A stretch of 64,000 nt of DNA from Candidatus Eremiobacteria bacterium. GTDB taxonomy: Bacteria; Vulcanimicrobiota; Vulcanimicrobiia; Vulcanimicrobiales; Vulcanimicrobiaceae. Numbering within the stretch: the first letter of the stretch is position 1; the number at the start of each line of letters is the position of its first letter. A model generated the notes under the pieces. It was not told where the DNA came from and did not search any database. It saw only the letters and a program-made list of their open reading frames with translations. Both the position numbers and the translations under genes were made by a program. The DNA is taken from the NCBI GenBank assembly GCA_963758295.1, contig CAVWUU010000004.1, forward strand, positions 1,152,001 through 1,216,000, in the 5' to 3' direction. This document shows positions 42,504 through 52,771 of this stretch, in pieces.

Positions 42504-44072
42504 ATGAGCCGGGTAGACACCGATGCAATGCGGCGTTACGAACAAACGCGCGACGGTCTCGTCGCGCGTTTGCTCGCGATTGAGGAGCTCATCGGTGAGG
42601 ACCGACGCAAGACCGTCGCGAGTACGCGCAGCCGTCTTGAGCGTGGAAAATTCGTGCTGGCCGTCGTCGGCGAATTTTCGAGCGGCAAATCATTTCTTCT
42701 CAACGCGCTGCTCGGAAAATTTCGTTACGAAGAAGCCGCCGGCGGACGCAAACAACTCGTTGGGCTCCTTGCCACGGACATCAATCCGTCGACGGCCACA
42801 ATTACCGAACTCGAACATGGCGAAGGGAGCGACGTTGCTACGGCGGTGTACGAAGACGGCCGCAGGGAACGCATTCCGCTCGACCGGCTAAACCGCTTCA
42901 TCGCCGTCGGTTCGGGCGATACCGGCACGATTCACGAAGCAACGAAAGACACGATCGCCACGGCGGGTCAAGTCAGCGATGCACCGCTTCGGGTGGTGGT
43001 GACTACGAATTCACCGTTCCTCGAACGCGGGTTCGTCGTAGCCGATACGCCGGGCTTGGCTTCGATCAATCCGGCGCATCGCAGGGCGACGTTACAGTTT
43101 CTTCCGACGGCCGACGCGGTGCTCTACCTCATCGACACGCAGCAGCCGTTCACCGAAGGCGACGCGTCGTTTCTCGGAATCGTGCGCCAGCACATCGACT
43201 CGATCTTCATCGTGCAAACGAAGATCGATCTGTGGCAGCAGCCTCAAGCAGACGGCAAACCGGCGTGGGAGCACGCCCACGAAAGAATTTCCTCGCTCGC
43301 TGCCGTGCACGCCCCCGGCACGTATGTCTATGCTCTCTCCGCACGCGAGTACGTCGAAGGCATGCTCGCCGATGATGACGCCCGGATTGAAGAGAGCCGG
43401 TTCCCCCGTTTCCTTTCAGCCCTCGATGCCTCTTTGATTCGCCGTACCGGCCGCGCGCGTTTGCGCCGCGCTGCCGAACGCATCGGCGTTGCCGTCGACG
43501 ACGCGCTCACCCAGATAGAAGCCGATCTCGCAATGCTCGCGCTCGACGACACGGCGCTGGCGGCCAAGCGCGAAGAAGTCGTCCCGGCGTTGCAGCAGCT
43601 CGACGTGCGCGCCCGCGAAGAACGCAACGCTTTGCTCGCCGCCGGAAATTCCGTTCGCTCCAGAACGTACGAACGCGGTGCGCACTTAAGCGACGATCTG
43701 GAACGCGCACTCGGACAGGCGTTCGACACGGCGGACGTTGCAAAACTGCGCGATCGCGCGCGGCTGCACATTATCGTCGATCGCGTCATGGCTCACGTGG
43801 TGCAAGACTTTGCCGAACGCGAAGCTTCCGATTTGCGAGACGATCTCGATGCGTCATTGCAGCGGGTGCGTGCGGGAATTCCCCTGCGATTCTCACCGAA
43901 CGATGCAGCCGCGACCGCCTTCGGGTCCGAGCCGGGGACCAGTCTCTGGAACGGCGATCTTTGCGAAGCCATTGCCGCGACGATCGTGCTTGACGCGATC
44001 GGAGGTCCGGCGATCGGTCTCGTGCACAGCATGTCGGCACGATTCACGAGCGCCCGCCGGGCCAGTACATGA
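42504..44072 (+). CDS. Bacterial dynamin-like GTPase (N-terminal part)
   Basis: G1 GEFSSGKS, G2 PSTAT, G3 DTPG, G4 TKID, then a helical region. Confidence 0.85.
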   Translation: MSRVDTDAMRRYEQTRDGLVARLLAIEELIGEDRRKTVASTRSRLERGKFVLAVVGEFSSGKSFLLNALLGKFRYEEAAGGRKQLVGLLATDINPSTATITELEHGEGSDVATAVYEDGRRERIPLDRLNRFIAVGSGDTGTIHEATKDTIATAGQVSDAPLRVVVTTNSPFLERGFVVADTPGLASINPAHRRATLQFLPTADAVLYLIDTQQPFTEGDASFLGIVRQHIDSIFIVQTKIDLWQQPQADGKPAWEHAHERISSLAAVHAPGTYVYALSAREYVEGMLADDDARIEESRFPRFLSALDASLIRRTGRARLRRAAERIGVAVDDALTQIEADLAMLALDDTALAAKREEVVPALQQLDVRAREERNALLAAGNSVRSRTYERGAHLSDDLERALGQAFDTADVAKLRDRARLHIIVDRVMAHVVQDFAEREASDLRDDLDASLQRVRAGIPLRFSPNDAAATAFGSEPGTSLWNGDLCEAIAATIVLDAIGGPAIGLVHSMSARFTSARRAST

Positions 44073-45259
44073 AGCGCGAGATGGTTGCCGACTTGCGCAC
44101 GGACATCTTTCCGCGCTTTGCCGTTGAGGTGCAAGCCTTCGCCGAACGCATCGGCGCGCGATTGCAACGCGTTTACGACGAGCTTGCGCAAGCAGTCGCC
44201 GCCGCTGCCGTGGAACGGCGCGACTCCGAGGCGGGCAGCATCGATCGGGCCCTCGAGGCTCAACGCAATAGTCGCACCGTCGAAGTGCGCGCGACGCTCG
44301 ACGCGCGCCGTCAAGGATTGCGAACGGAGCTGGATGGGGCAAACGCCGTCGTGCAGTCGTTCATGGAACGCGAGGAAGAAATTGCGCCCTCCGACGCCGG
44401 GTCTGCGGTCGTACGCATGGCGCACGCCGATGCGTCGTTCGATCCGAACGCTTACGAAGGCGGCCTTCGTCCATCGCGCTGGCGCGTAGCGGTCCTTGGA
44501 GCCTTGCGGCGCGGAAAGAGCAGCCTGATCAACGCCTTTGCCGGGAGGACGGTGCTTACCGACGACATCGCCGGCAGCGTCCGCTTTCCGGTGCACGTTC
44601 GTTACGGCGAAAGAGAACAGGCTTTCGCACTTTCGGAAAGCGGGGAATGGCGGGAAATCGCATTCGAAAACGCGACCGCCGAGGCCGCGCAATCGCCCGT
44701 GCTTCTTCTGGTGCCGTGGTCCTTGCCACGCGAACTGGTGCTCGTACACGCGCCGGCTTTTGATTCCGGCGATTCCAACGCGGAAGACGTGAACGTAGTC
44801 GCGGCGTCGCACGCAAGCGAAATCTTGTGCCTCTTCTCGCGCCAGCTTTCCGATCGCGAGCTTTCTTTGTACGAGCGCATTGCTGAGTTCAACAAGCCGA
44901 TGCTTTTCGCGCATACGATAGCTGACAACGAAGCTCCGAGCGAGCGGCGGAATGTCGTAGAACTGGCACAGCAGTATCTCAAGGAACGCAACATTCACGC
45001 GGAGCGCATCTTCGTCGTGTCATCGTACGAATTCGAACAAGCCAAGGGTGAGCAACGCGCGCCGGCGGGATGGAATGAAACCGAAGCGCTCCGTTGGACG
45101 CTTGAAGGGCATGCAGAGGCGCACATGGCGCGGCTCGAACGCCTTGCGCGTGCGAGCAGCGAACAAACGGCAACACAGAGCATGCAGGGCAGCGAACCCG
45201 TACCCGCAGCACAGGAGCGACCCAGCTTTCTCAGACGGCTTTTCGGCAAGGGGCGCTAA
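44069..45259 (+). CDS. Helical stalk plus second, degenerate dynamin-like GTPase domain; possibly the same gene as the upstream ORF
   Basis: WRVAVLGALRRGKSSLINA; G3 position reads HAPA, G4 position reads TIAD. Confidence 0.75.
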   Translation: MKREMVADLRTDIFPRFAVEVQAFAERIGARLQRVYDELAQAVAAAAVERRDSEAGSIDRALEAQRNSRTVEVRATLDARRQGLRTELDGANAVVQSFMEREEEIAPSDAGSAVVRMAHADASFDPNAYEGGLRPSRWRVAVLGALRRGKSSLINAFAGRTVLTDDIAGSVRFPVHVRYGEREQAFALSESGEWREIAFENATAEAAQSPVLLLVPWSLPRELVLVHAPAFDSGDSNAEDVNVVAASHASEILCLFSRQLSDRELSLYERIAEFNKPMLFAHTIADNEAPSERRNVVELAQQYLKERNIHAERIFVVSSYEFEQAKGEQRAPAGWNETEALRWTLEGHAEAHMARLERLARASSEQTATQSMQGSEPVPAAQERPSFLRRLFGKGR

Positions 45260-45339
45260 CCTCGGGCGCGTCGAACCAAGGCAGCCGGATCACCAAAGGG
45301 AGGCTTCCCACGTCTACCACTACGACGCTTGGACCTGCG

Positions 45340-46467
45340 TTGATTGCCGTCGGTGACGGCAGCTCGACCTTCGGTCGCTTAGCAATCGATCACGGCCGAA
45401 TCTCCGCCGTACTTCCCGCCGATGGCCCTTCCGATTTACCGTTACCGCCAAAGAGCAGCATCGCTCCCGGTTTAATCGACGTTCATACGAACGGCGCCGG
45501 CGAAGCCTTGTTCAATCGCGATCAGGGCAATGCGGTCTCGGTAGCGGCGACCGAGTACGCCCGCATGGGCGCGACGGGCTTTCTCGCGAGCATTATGACG
45601 GCGCCGTTCGAATCGATGTTGCACGCGGCGTCGGAAGTGGTCGACGCGGCACACGATTTGGAAGAGGACGGACCGCGCGGAGCGCGATGCTTGGGGGTCC
45701 ACTTCGAAGGACCGTTTCTCAATCCGAAGTTCCGTCGTGTCCATCGCAACGAATGGCTGGTTCCTGCATCGGCTGCACGTGCAAAAGAGATGATCGACGC
45801 CTGCAAAGGCGGCTGCCTTATGGTGACGATGGCGCCCGAAGTTGACGGCGCTGCCGACGCAATGCGCGTATTCCTTGAACACGGCGTCGTCTGTTCGGCG
45901 GGACACACGTCCGCGCGCTACCGGGAAGGCATGCTTGCAATCGGGCTAGGCTTCCGTTCGCTCACCCACGCGTTCAACGGCATGCCGCCGCTGGATCATC
46001 GCGATCCCTCGATCCTCGCAGCCTTCATTCAAGATCGGCGCACCATGGTCCAAGTAATCGCCGACGGCATCCACGTCTCGCCGGTGATGGTCGACATTCT
46101 CTACCGCACGCTCGGCGATCGTATCGTGCTCGCCACCGACAATATGCCGCCGGCGGATCCTAGCTATTACATTGAAGGCGGCGTGATGCGCGCGTCGGAC
46201 GGAACGATCGCCGGCAGCGCCCTTCGCATCGATCAAGCGGTGCGAAATTATATGTCGTACGCCGACATTTCGTTCCCGCAGGCCGTGGTCGCCGCGACGC
46301 ACGCGCCGGCGCGCTTAATCGGCGCCGACAGCGAGATGGGGCGCATCGCTCCCGGCATGCGCGCGGACCTTTCGTTCTGGGACGACGATTTCGAGATTAT
46401 GGGAACGATGGTCGCCGGCACGATGGTGCACGGATTCGTCGCCGGAGCGACGACGCTGGCGTCATGA
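45340..46467 (+). CDS. nagA: N-acetylglucosamine-6-phosphate deacetylase
   Basis: PGLIDVHTNG, HFEGPF, AGHT, THAFNGM, ADGIH, ATD, IAGS. Confidence 0.88.
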   Translation: MIAVGDGSSTFGRLAIDHGRISAVLPADGPSDLPLPPKSSIAPGLIDVHTNGAGEALFNRDQGNAVSVAATEYARMGATGFLASIMTAPFESMLHAASEVVDAAHDLEEDGPRGARCLGVHFEGPFLNPKFRRVHRNEWLVPASAARAKEMIDACKGGCLMVTMAPEVDGAADAMRVFLEHGVVCSAGHTSARYREGMLAIGLGFRSLTHAFNGMPPLDHRDPSILAAFIQDRRTMVQVIADGIHVSPVMVDILYRTLGDRIVLATDNMPPADPSYYIEGGVMRASDGTIAGSALRIDQAVRNYMSYADISFPQAVVAATHAPARLIGADSEMGRIAPGMRADLSFWDDDFEIMGTMVAGTMVHGFVAGATTLAS

Positions 46468-47741
46468 GCGCCGTCGCCGATCGTATGCTCGGGCGCAACG
46501 AAGCGCTGCTTGAAGCGATCTTCGGCGACAAGTTCTTGAACGGGTTCGACGTGCGGTTTTGGGACGGAACGTTGCTTCCGAGCCGCACGTCGGAGCGCCG
46601 TTTCACCCTCCTCGTGAACGGTCCCGGCGCCTTGCGTGAAGCATTTTCGCCGCCCGCCGATTTGCACGCCGGACGCGCGTTTGTCGAAGGCTCCCTCGAC
46701 GTTGAAGGCAGCGTCGAAGCGGCGATCGCCATGCTGAAGGTCGCGAACGATTCGCGCAGCAACGCGCAGACGCTACGAATTCTGTACTTGTTGAACCGGC
46801 TTCCACGCGCAAACGGCCGTCAAGCCAAGAACGGGCAAGCGCATCTGGCCGGTTCCGAACATTCCAAGGAGCGCGACCGCGCCGCAATTTCGCATCACTA
46901 CGACCACCCGGTCGAATTTTACGCGGCGTTCTTGGATCCGCAGCTCGTCTATTCGTGCGCGTACTACGACGACGGGGCGGCGACGCTTGCCGAGGCCCAA
47001 GAGGCGAAGCTCCGGCATATCTTGCGCAAACTGCGCGTAGAACCGGGGATGTCTTTTCTCGACATCGGCTGCGGCTGGGGATCGCTCGTCATTGCGGCGG
47101 CTCGTGCCGGCGCAAACGCCTTCGGCATCACGCTAAGCCGCGTGCAATATGAAACGGCAAAGCGGCGAATCGAAGAACTGGGCTTGAGCGATCGTGCATC
47201 GGTGGAATTCCTCGATTACCGCGACCTCGGCGGCCGGCATTTCGATCGCATTGCAAGCATCGGCATGGTGGAACACGTCGGACTCGCCAATCTTCCGCTG
47301 TACTTCAAGATCGCATTCGATGCGCTGCGTCCCGGCGGGCTGTTTCTCAATCACGGCATTTCCGAACAGAGTCCCGGACGCAAAGGCGGCCGGCAAGATG
47401 GATTCATCGACCGCTACGTATTCCCCGACGGCGAGCTGGTCGCAATCGGAAGGAGTCTCGCAATTGCGGAGATCGCCGGTTTCGAAGTGCGCGACGTCGA
47501 GAACCTGCGAGAGCACTACGCGCGCACGCTTCGGGACTGGGTTGCCAATCTGGAAACCAACGCTGCGCATGCGCAATCGGTCGCCGGAATGGAAGCCTAT
47601 CGTGTCTGGCGTTTATACATGTCGGCAAGCGCGACGGCATTTGCATCGGGAACGATCGGCATCTATCAGTCGCTGCTGGCGCGTCCCGACGCGCGAGGCT
47701 TTGTCGACATTCCGGCGACGCGCGCCGACGTCTACCGGTAA
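46464..47741 (+). CDS. cfa: Cyclopropane-fatty-acyl-phospholipid synthase
   Basis: ISHHYD, YSCAY, LDIGCGWG, SIGMVEHVG, YVFPDGEL, HYARTL. Confidence 0.9.
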   Translation: MSAVADRMLGRNEALLEAIFGDKFLNGFDVRFWDGTLLPSRTSERRFTLLVNGPGALREAFSPPADLHAGRAFVEGSLDVEGSVEAAIAMLKVANDSRSNAQTLRILYLLNRLPRANGRQAKNGQAHLAGSEHSKERDRAAISHHYDHPVEFYAAFLDPQLVYSCAYYDDGAATLAEAQEAKLRHILRKLRVEPGMSFLDIGCGWGSLVIAAARAGANAFGITLSRVQYETAKRRIEELGLSDRASVEFLDYRDLGGRHFDRIASIGMVEHVGLANLPLYFKIAFDALRPGGLFLNHGISEQSPGRKGGRQDGFIDRYVFPDGELVAIGRSLAIAEIAGFEVRDVENLREHYARTLRDWVANLETNAAHAQSVAGMEAYRVWRLYMSASATAFASGTIGIYQSLLARPDARGFVDIPATRADVYR

Positions 47742-47767
47742 AATCTGCCTACGGTTTGCGCGAGCCG

Positions 47768-48460
47768 CTACAGGCGTGCTTCGACCAGTTCCGTGGAGTC
47801 CGCTAACCGGCCGTCGAGCAGGCCGATCGTTCGACGCGCATAGCGGGCGAAGCGGCGGTCGTGGGTGACCATGATGATCGTGGATCCCCCTTCGTGCAAC
47901 TCGGCCAGCAATTCCATCACCGCTTCGCCGTGTTTGCTATCGAGATTGCCGGTGGGTTCGTCGGCCAACAGCACCGACGGGTTCCCCGCCAACGCGCGCG
48001 CAACGGCAACGCGTTGTTGCTGTCCGCCCGAAAGCTGCGCGGGATAGTGTCTGGCACGATGGTCGACGTTGACCCGCTCCAGGACTTCGGCCACGCGCCG
48101 CTTGCGTTCGCCTTTGGTGACGCCCCGGTAAATCAGCGGTAATTCGACGTTTTCCTCGACCGTGAGATCGCCGATCAAATTGAAGTTTTGGAAAATGAAG
48201 CCGATTTCGCGATTGCGGATTGCCGCGCGATCTCCGGCCGAAAGCTTTTCCACCGCATGGCCGTTAAGCACGTAGCTGCCCTGCGATGGCGTATCCAGCA
48301 GCCCGATGATCGAAAGCAATGTCGACTTTCCGCACCCGGACGGCCCTTCGATAGAAACGTACTCGCCACGCTCGATCGAGAACGAGACGTCGCGTAACGC
48401 GCGCGTTTCAACTTCGTCCGTGACGTAGGTTTTGCCGATTCCATCGAGACTCAAGAGCAT
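47768..48460 (-). CDS. MacB/LolD-type ABC ATPase
   Basis: GPSGCGKST, LSGGQQQRVAVARAL, LADEPTGNLD. Confidence 0.93.
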   Translation of the reverse strand: MLLSLDGIGKTYVTDEVETRALRDVSFSIERGEYVSIEGPSGCGKSTLLSIIGLLDTPSQGSYVLNGHAVEKLSAGDRAAIRNREIGFIFQNFNLIGDLTVEENVELPLIYRGVTKGERKRRVAEVLERVNVDHRARHYPAQLSGGQQQRVAVARALAGNPSVLLADEPTGNLDSKHGEAVMELLAELHEGGSTIIMVTHDRRFARYARRTIGLLDGRLADSTELVEARL

Positions 48461-48475
48461 GAGCGTGCCTTTCGA

Positions 48476-49774
48476 TCAGTGTAGGCGCAAGACGGGCTGC
48501 CCGCCATACGCCGAGGTGTCGGAGACGATGACCGTATCGCCGGGGCTGATGCCGGATAAAACCTGAACGCGATCGGCCGAACCGCGGCCGAGATGGACGT
48601 CTACGAGCTGCGCGTGAATGCGATCGGGCGAGATTTTATATAAATTGACGGTCGTGTTATCGGCCGCGCCCGCCGGCCGGGCGATTGAAATCGCGTTGTC
48701 GATGCGTTCCAAATCGACAACTCCGTCGACGTTCAAGTCAGGACGCGATCCCGGCGGCAACGCGCGCGTGAAATCGACGTCGACCGCAACGCTTCCGTTT
48801 TGCGCCGCCGGCGCAATGCGGGCGACGCTACCCGTAACGGTTCCGTTCCCCGTGTCGATTCGAGCCGGCATGCCGACGGCGATGTCGTGCACCTGGCCTT
48901 CGGCGACTTGCAGTACCGCTTTGAGCGAACGCTGATCCGCAACGCGGGCAAGTTCCGTTCCCGCGCTCACCTGCGCGCCGGGATCGACGGCGACCGACTG
49001 CACCACTCCTCCCGAACGAGCTCGGACAATCAACGCGGAAACTTGCGCTTCTTTTGCCTGCAGCGTCGCGGCCGCTTCGTCGACTTGCGCTTGCGCCTGG
49101 GCGATTTTCGCGTCTTGGTTTGCAGAATCAACGGAAACTTGCGAGCGGGAAATTTCGACTTGGCGCTGGGACTGCTGGGCTTTGATCTGCGCGATGCGAA
49201 ACGTGGTGTCGGCGACCCAGCCGCTGCGATGCAGCTCGCGAAGCGACGAGACGTTGGTGACGTCTTCCTGCATCTGCGCCTGTGCGCCGGCTAGCGACGA
49301 CTGCTGCGTAAGGGACGCAGATTTAGCTTCTTGTTGCGCGCTTACGAGCTGCGCTTGGGCGACTTGCAGAGCGGAGCGGGCCGCGACGACCGATGCGTCG
49401 AGATCGGGGTTCGACAGCTGCGCGATCGCCGTGCCCGAAGCGACGGTAGCACCCGGCTTCACAAAGACTTGCTCCACCACGCCCGGCTGCTCGACGGAAA
49501 CGACGCGGATCTCTTCGGAAACGAGCGTGCCCGCTGCCGAGATCGACCGCATCAGCGTCCCGCGCGTTGCAACGTCGGTTACGATAGTCGCGCGATCTAC
49601 CGCTACGCCGCCGGGCCCCGCATGCGAAAGCGAATACGCCGAAAAACCGACAGCAACGAGCAGCACGATGACGACGATTGCAGCAAGTGCACCGCGCGGC
49701 ACCGAGCGTTTCTTTTCGCGAACGACGTCCATGCCGCCCGGAGGCGCGACCGGCCGGGGGCCTAGCGTTTTCAC
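48476..49774 (-). CDS. Periplasmic adaptor (MacA/HlyD-like membrane fusion protein)
   Basis: Single TM anchor, lipoyl half-motifs (GVVEQVFVKPGATV; VRARSGGVV), Gln-rich coiled coil, VLSGISPGDTVI. Confidence 0.88.
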   Translation of the reverse strand: MKTLGPRPVAPPGGMDVVREKKRSVPRGALAAIVVIVLLVAVGFSAYSLSHAGPGGVAVDRATIVTDVATRGTLMRSISAAGTLVSEEIRVVSVEQPGVVEQVFVKPGATVASGTAIAQLSNPDLDASVVAARSALQVAQAQLVSAQQEAKSASLTQQSSLAGAQAQMQEDVTNVSSLRELHRSGWVADTTFRIAQIKAQQSQRQVEISRSQVSVDSANQDAKIAQAQAQVDEAAATLQAKEAQVSALIVRARSGGVVQSVAVDPGAQVSAGTELARVADQRSLKAVLQVAEGQVHDIAVGMPARIDTGNGTVTGSVARIAPAAQNGSVAVDVDFTRALPPGSRPDLNVDGVVDLERIDNAISIARPAGAADNTTVNLYKISPDRIHAQLVDVHLGRGSADRVQVLSGISPGDTVIVSDTSAYGGQPVLRLH

Positions 49775-50125
49775 TTAAGCGAACGATCCGAACGAAAGCA
49801 GTTTACGATCTTGCGCCTTGCGAACGGCGCTTGCCAGACGTTCGGCTTCGGCGCGCGCAATGCGGCGGCCCCATGGCGCCAGCTTGTAATAGCGCCGGCG
49901 CGGATCTTCGGGGTCCACTTTGTGGACTTCGGAAATCCATCCGTCGGCCACCATCTGCTTGATGATGCGATAAAGCGTGCCGGGTCCCAGGCGCACGGCG
50001 CCCCCGGTCTCTTCTTCCACCTCTTTGCTGATGCTGTAACCGTGGCGTTCGCCCTCGGCCAGCGCAAGCAAAATGTAGAACGAGCTCGCCCCGAGCGGAA
50101 GGAACTCCTCAACGCCTGCAGTCAT
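49775..50125 (-). CDS. PadR family regulator (paralog 1)
   Basis: ILLALAEGERHGYSI, GPGTLYR, RRRYYKL. Confidence 0.9.
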   Translation of the reverse strand: MTAGVEEFLPLGASSFYILLALAEGERHGYSISKEVEEETGGAVRLGPGTLYRIIKQMVADGWISEVHKVDPEDPRRRYYKLAPWGRRIARAEAERLASAVRKAQDRKLLSFGSFA

Positions 50126-50143
50126 GATGATGCCCGTCTCCCC

Positions 50144-50186
50144 ATATATCCATTTCAGATATATCAATAGCGGATGGAGAAGTCAA
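50144..50186 (-). promoter_or_regulatory. Putative PadR operator overlapping a sigma70-type promoter
   Basis: ATATATC-CATTTCA-GATATAT (50144-50164); minus-strand TTGACT-N17-TATATC. Confidence 0.75.
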
Positions 50187-50188
50187 GG

Positions 50189-52771
50189 CTACTCGTAGCG
50201 CAGGGCGACGGCCGGATCGACTCGAGTCGCGCGCATGGCGGGAACGAGCGCGGCGACGGCGGCACAGGCAAGCAACATCAGCAACACAGCGGCGAACGTA
50301 ACGGGATCGAATGGCGAGGCGCTCGAGAGTTGAGGCGCAATCGCGAGGGCCGCGGCCGAGGCAATTGCAAGTCCGCATGCCAGCCCGATCGCTGTCGTGA
50401 TCAGGGATCGCCGCACAACGTCCGCAAGCAAATCTTTCGCAGCCGCCCCGAGCGCCAGACGAACTCCGAATTCACGCGAACGCTGGGAAACGGCAAACGA
50501 AACGACGCCATAGATGCCGGAGAGCGCGAGGATCAGCGCGATGGCCGCCAGGGTAGAGAGCATCGTGGCCGCGGCGCGCGTCGTGGCGGTTGCGCGAGCA
50601 ATGCGTTCGTCCACCGTCGTGATCTCCGGCGGCTCCGAGGTCGGATTCAAACTTGTAAAAACTCCCTGCATCTCGCGCGCGGCGCCGGCCGGGTCGAGCG
50701 TCGTACGATGGACTACGGCCGAAATGAATGCCGGCGGATTCTGCGCTACCGGCGCGTAGAATTTCGGTTCCATCGGCGCATTGATTCTAAACCGCTCGTT
50801 CGCGACGACGCCTACAATGGTGGCGTCGACCGGTTTTGTCCCGTTCCATCCCGGCAAATGCAGGCGGATGCCGAGTGGATTGGTGCCGTGAAGATACGCG
50901 CGAACGAATGCTTCGTTGACGATCGCCACAGGAGGCGCCGTCGCGCTGTCGTCACCGGTAAAGTCGCGACCTCGCAGCAGCGGAATACCGAGCGTGTGAA
51001 AATAGCCTGGGCTAACGTCGTTTGCTGCGGCTTCGGGCTCGTGCCCGAGGGCGTATTTTCGCCCGGCAATGCCGACGTCGAAATGTAACGAAACGTCGCC
51101 GAGCGGATACGTAACCGCGAGAGCGGCGGAATCGATTCCTGGAAGGGCCCGCAATCGCTCCAGCAAGGTGCGTTGCGCCTGGGCGCGCGATTGCAGCGTC
51201 GGGAAACGCTGCTCCGAAAGCGGATAAAAGCCGCTTTCCGAAATGCCGGCCGGCTGAATGCCGAGCGGCGTGTTCGTGACGTCGATAAAACTTCTAACGA
51301 CGAGCGACGACACGATGACGAGCGCAAGCGCAAGCGCCACCTCGATCACGACAAGCGCCGAGCGAATTCTTCCGCTTGCCGACGCGTCGCCGCCGCGGCC
51401 CGCGGACTTCAACACCAGCTGCAAGTCGCTCTTTGCCAGCATCGCAATCGGCGACATGCCCGCGAGCAGCGTCGTTGCAACGACGACAAGAACCGCATAC
51501 GCGAGCGCCGGTGCATCGATCGTTATGCCGGAACTGCGCGGAAGCGTGGAGAGCACCGGACCGCTCAACCAATGCAGCGCGCCATAAGCCAAGGCTAAAC
51601 CCGCGATGCCGCCGATAATCGCCAGGAGCGCCGTTTCGGTGAGCAGTTGCGACGCCAATCGTCCGCCCGAAGCTCCGAGCGCGCGGCGCAATGCGAATTC
51701 ACGATCGCGAACCGACCACCGCGCCGCGATCATGTTCGCAACATTGGCGCATGCGATGAGCAGAATCCCGATAACCGCAGCGAAGATCGTCCATAACTCC
51801 GGCGCAACAGCGCCGACAATCTGCGTCGCTAACGGTTGGACGCGAACGTCGAAGGCCGCATCGATGCTCGGGTAGGTGCGGCGCAAGTCCGCCGAAATGC
51901 CGCGCAGTTCTTCGGAGGCGGCCGGCACCGAGATGCCCTTTTTGAGCAAGCCGATCGCACCGAGATCGCGTGATCCCCGCTCGCGAGCGGGAACGTTCTC
52001 GGGGAGCGAAATTATATAGTCGTAGGGCTCCAGAAGGCGCCCGTCGGGAAGGAGCAGGTCCGGCGGCATCACGCCCACGATCTGATACGATTTTCCGTCG
52101 AGCACCAGCGACGAGCCGAGTGCATCGGGTGAGCCGCGGTAGTACGTGCGCCACAGACGATCGGAAATCACGACACTATGCACGCCCGGACGGCCGTCGC
52201 TCGCATCGAGATAGCGTCCCATTTCCGGAACGCTGCCCAGAATCGCAAAATATCGAGACGTGACGTCGAGACCTCCGAGATTGTGCGGGACACCCTTTAC
52301 GAGCATCGTCCCGCTATCTTCTGCAATGCCGGCGGTTGCTTCGATCGTATGCGAACGGTCTTGCACGTCATGAACGTCTAGAACCGAAAAGGCCGGCATC
52401 GTGGCGCGCCGCTGATCCATCATTTTTAACGCGATCAAACGGCTCGCATTGGGATAAGGTAACGGCTTAAGCACGATGCCGTTTAGGATACTGAAGGTCG
52501 CGACGTTGGCGCCGATGCCGAGCGCAAACGCCGCAACGACGATTGCCACGAATAGCGGCGCATTTTTCAAACGGCGAACGGCATAGCTAAGGTCGCGGAG
52601 AAAAGTATCGATACGCATGCTCAATCCCGTCTCGATGATGTCGAAAATCGTCGTGATGAACCGGCTGGAATCCAGCTCCAAATCCGAGAGGATCGCGTCG
52701 CCGTAGTCCTTGCGGAAATCCGAGGGATACGCACCCAGCGCAAACGCCGCAATCGCCCGACGGAACGTCAC
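50189..52771 (-). CDS. Large duplicated MacB/FtsX-type ABC permease (ADOP-like) 1
   Basis: RDLSYAVRRL, LGIGANVATFS, LLIACANVANM, REFALRRALGA, REFGVRLALGA, RATRVDPAVALRYE. Confidence 0.9.
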   Translation of the reverse strand: MTFRRAIAAFALGAYPSDFRKDYGDAILSDLELDSSRFITTIFDIIETGLSMRIDTFLRDLSYAVRRLKNAPLFVAIVVAAFALGIGANVATFSILNGIVLKPLPYPNASRLIALKMMDQRRATMPAFSVLDVHDVQDRSHTIEATAGIAEDSGTMLVKGVPHNLGGLDVTSRYFAILGSVPEMGRYLDASDGRPGVHSVVISDRLWRTYYRGSPDALGSSLVLDGKSYQIVGVMPPDLLLPDGRLLEPYDYIISLPENVPARERGSRDLGAIGLLKKGISVPAASEELRGISADLRRTYPSIDAAFDVRVQPLATQIVGAVAPELWTIFAAVIGILLIACANVANMIAARWSVRDREFALRRALGASGGRLASQLLTETALLAIIGGIAGLALAYGALHWLSGPVLSTLPRSSGITIDAPALAYAVLVVVATTLLAGMSPIAMLAKSDLQLVLKSAGRGGDASASGRIRSALVVIEVALALALVIVSSLVVRSFIDVTNTPLGIQPAGISESGFYPLSEQRFPTLQSRAQAQRTLLERLRALPGIDSAALAVTYPLGDVSLHFDVGIAGRKYALGHEPEAAANDVSPGYFHTLGIPLLRGRDFTGDDSATAPPVAIVNEAFVRAYLHGTNPLGIRLHLPGWNGTKPVDATIVGVVANERFRINAPMEPKFYAPVAQNPPAFISAVVHRTTLDPAGAAREMQGVFTSLNPTSEPPEITTVDERIARATATTRAAATMLSTLAAIALILALSGIYGVVSFAVSQRSREFGVRLALGAAAKDLLADVVRRSLITTAIGLACGLAIASAAALAIAPQLSSASPFDPVTFAAVLLMLLACAAVAALVPAMRATRVDPAVALRYE

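Noticed and set aside
50126..50167. Longer N-termini of PadR1 (and of PadR3 at 54148-54192) in the ORF track
   Set aside because: These extensions run through the operators and promoters, and paralog alignment supports the shorter starts.
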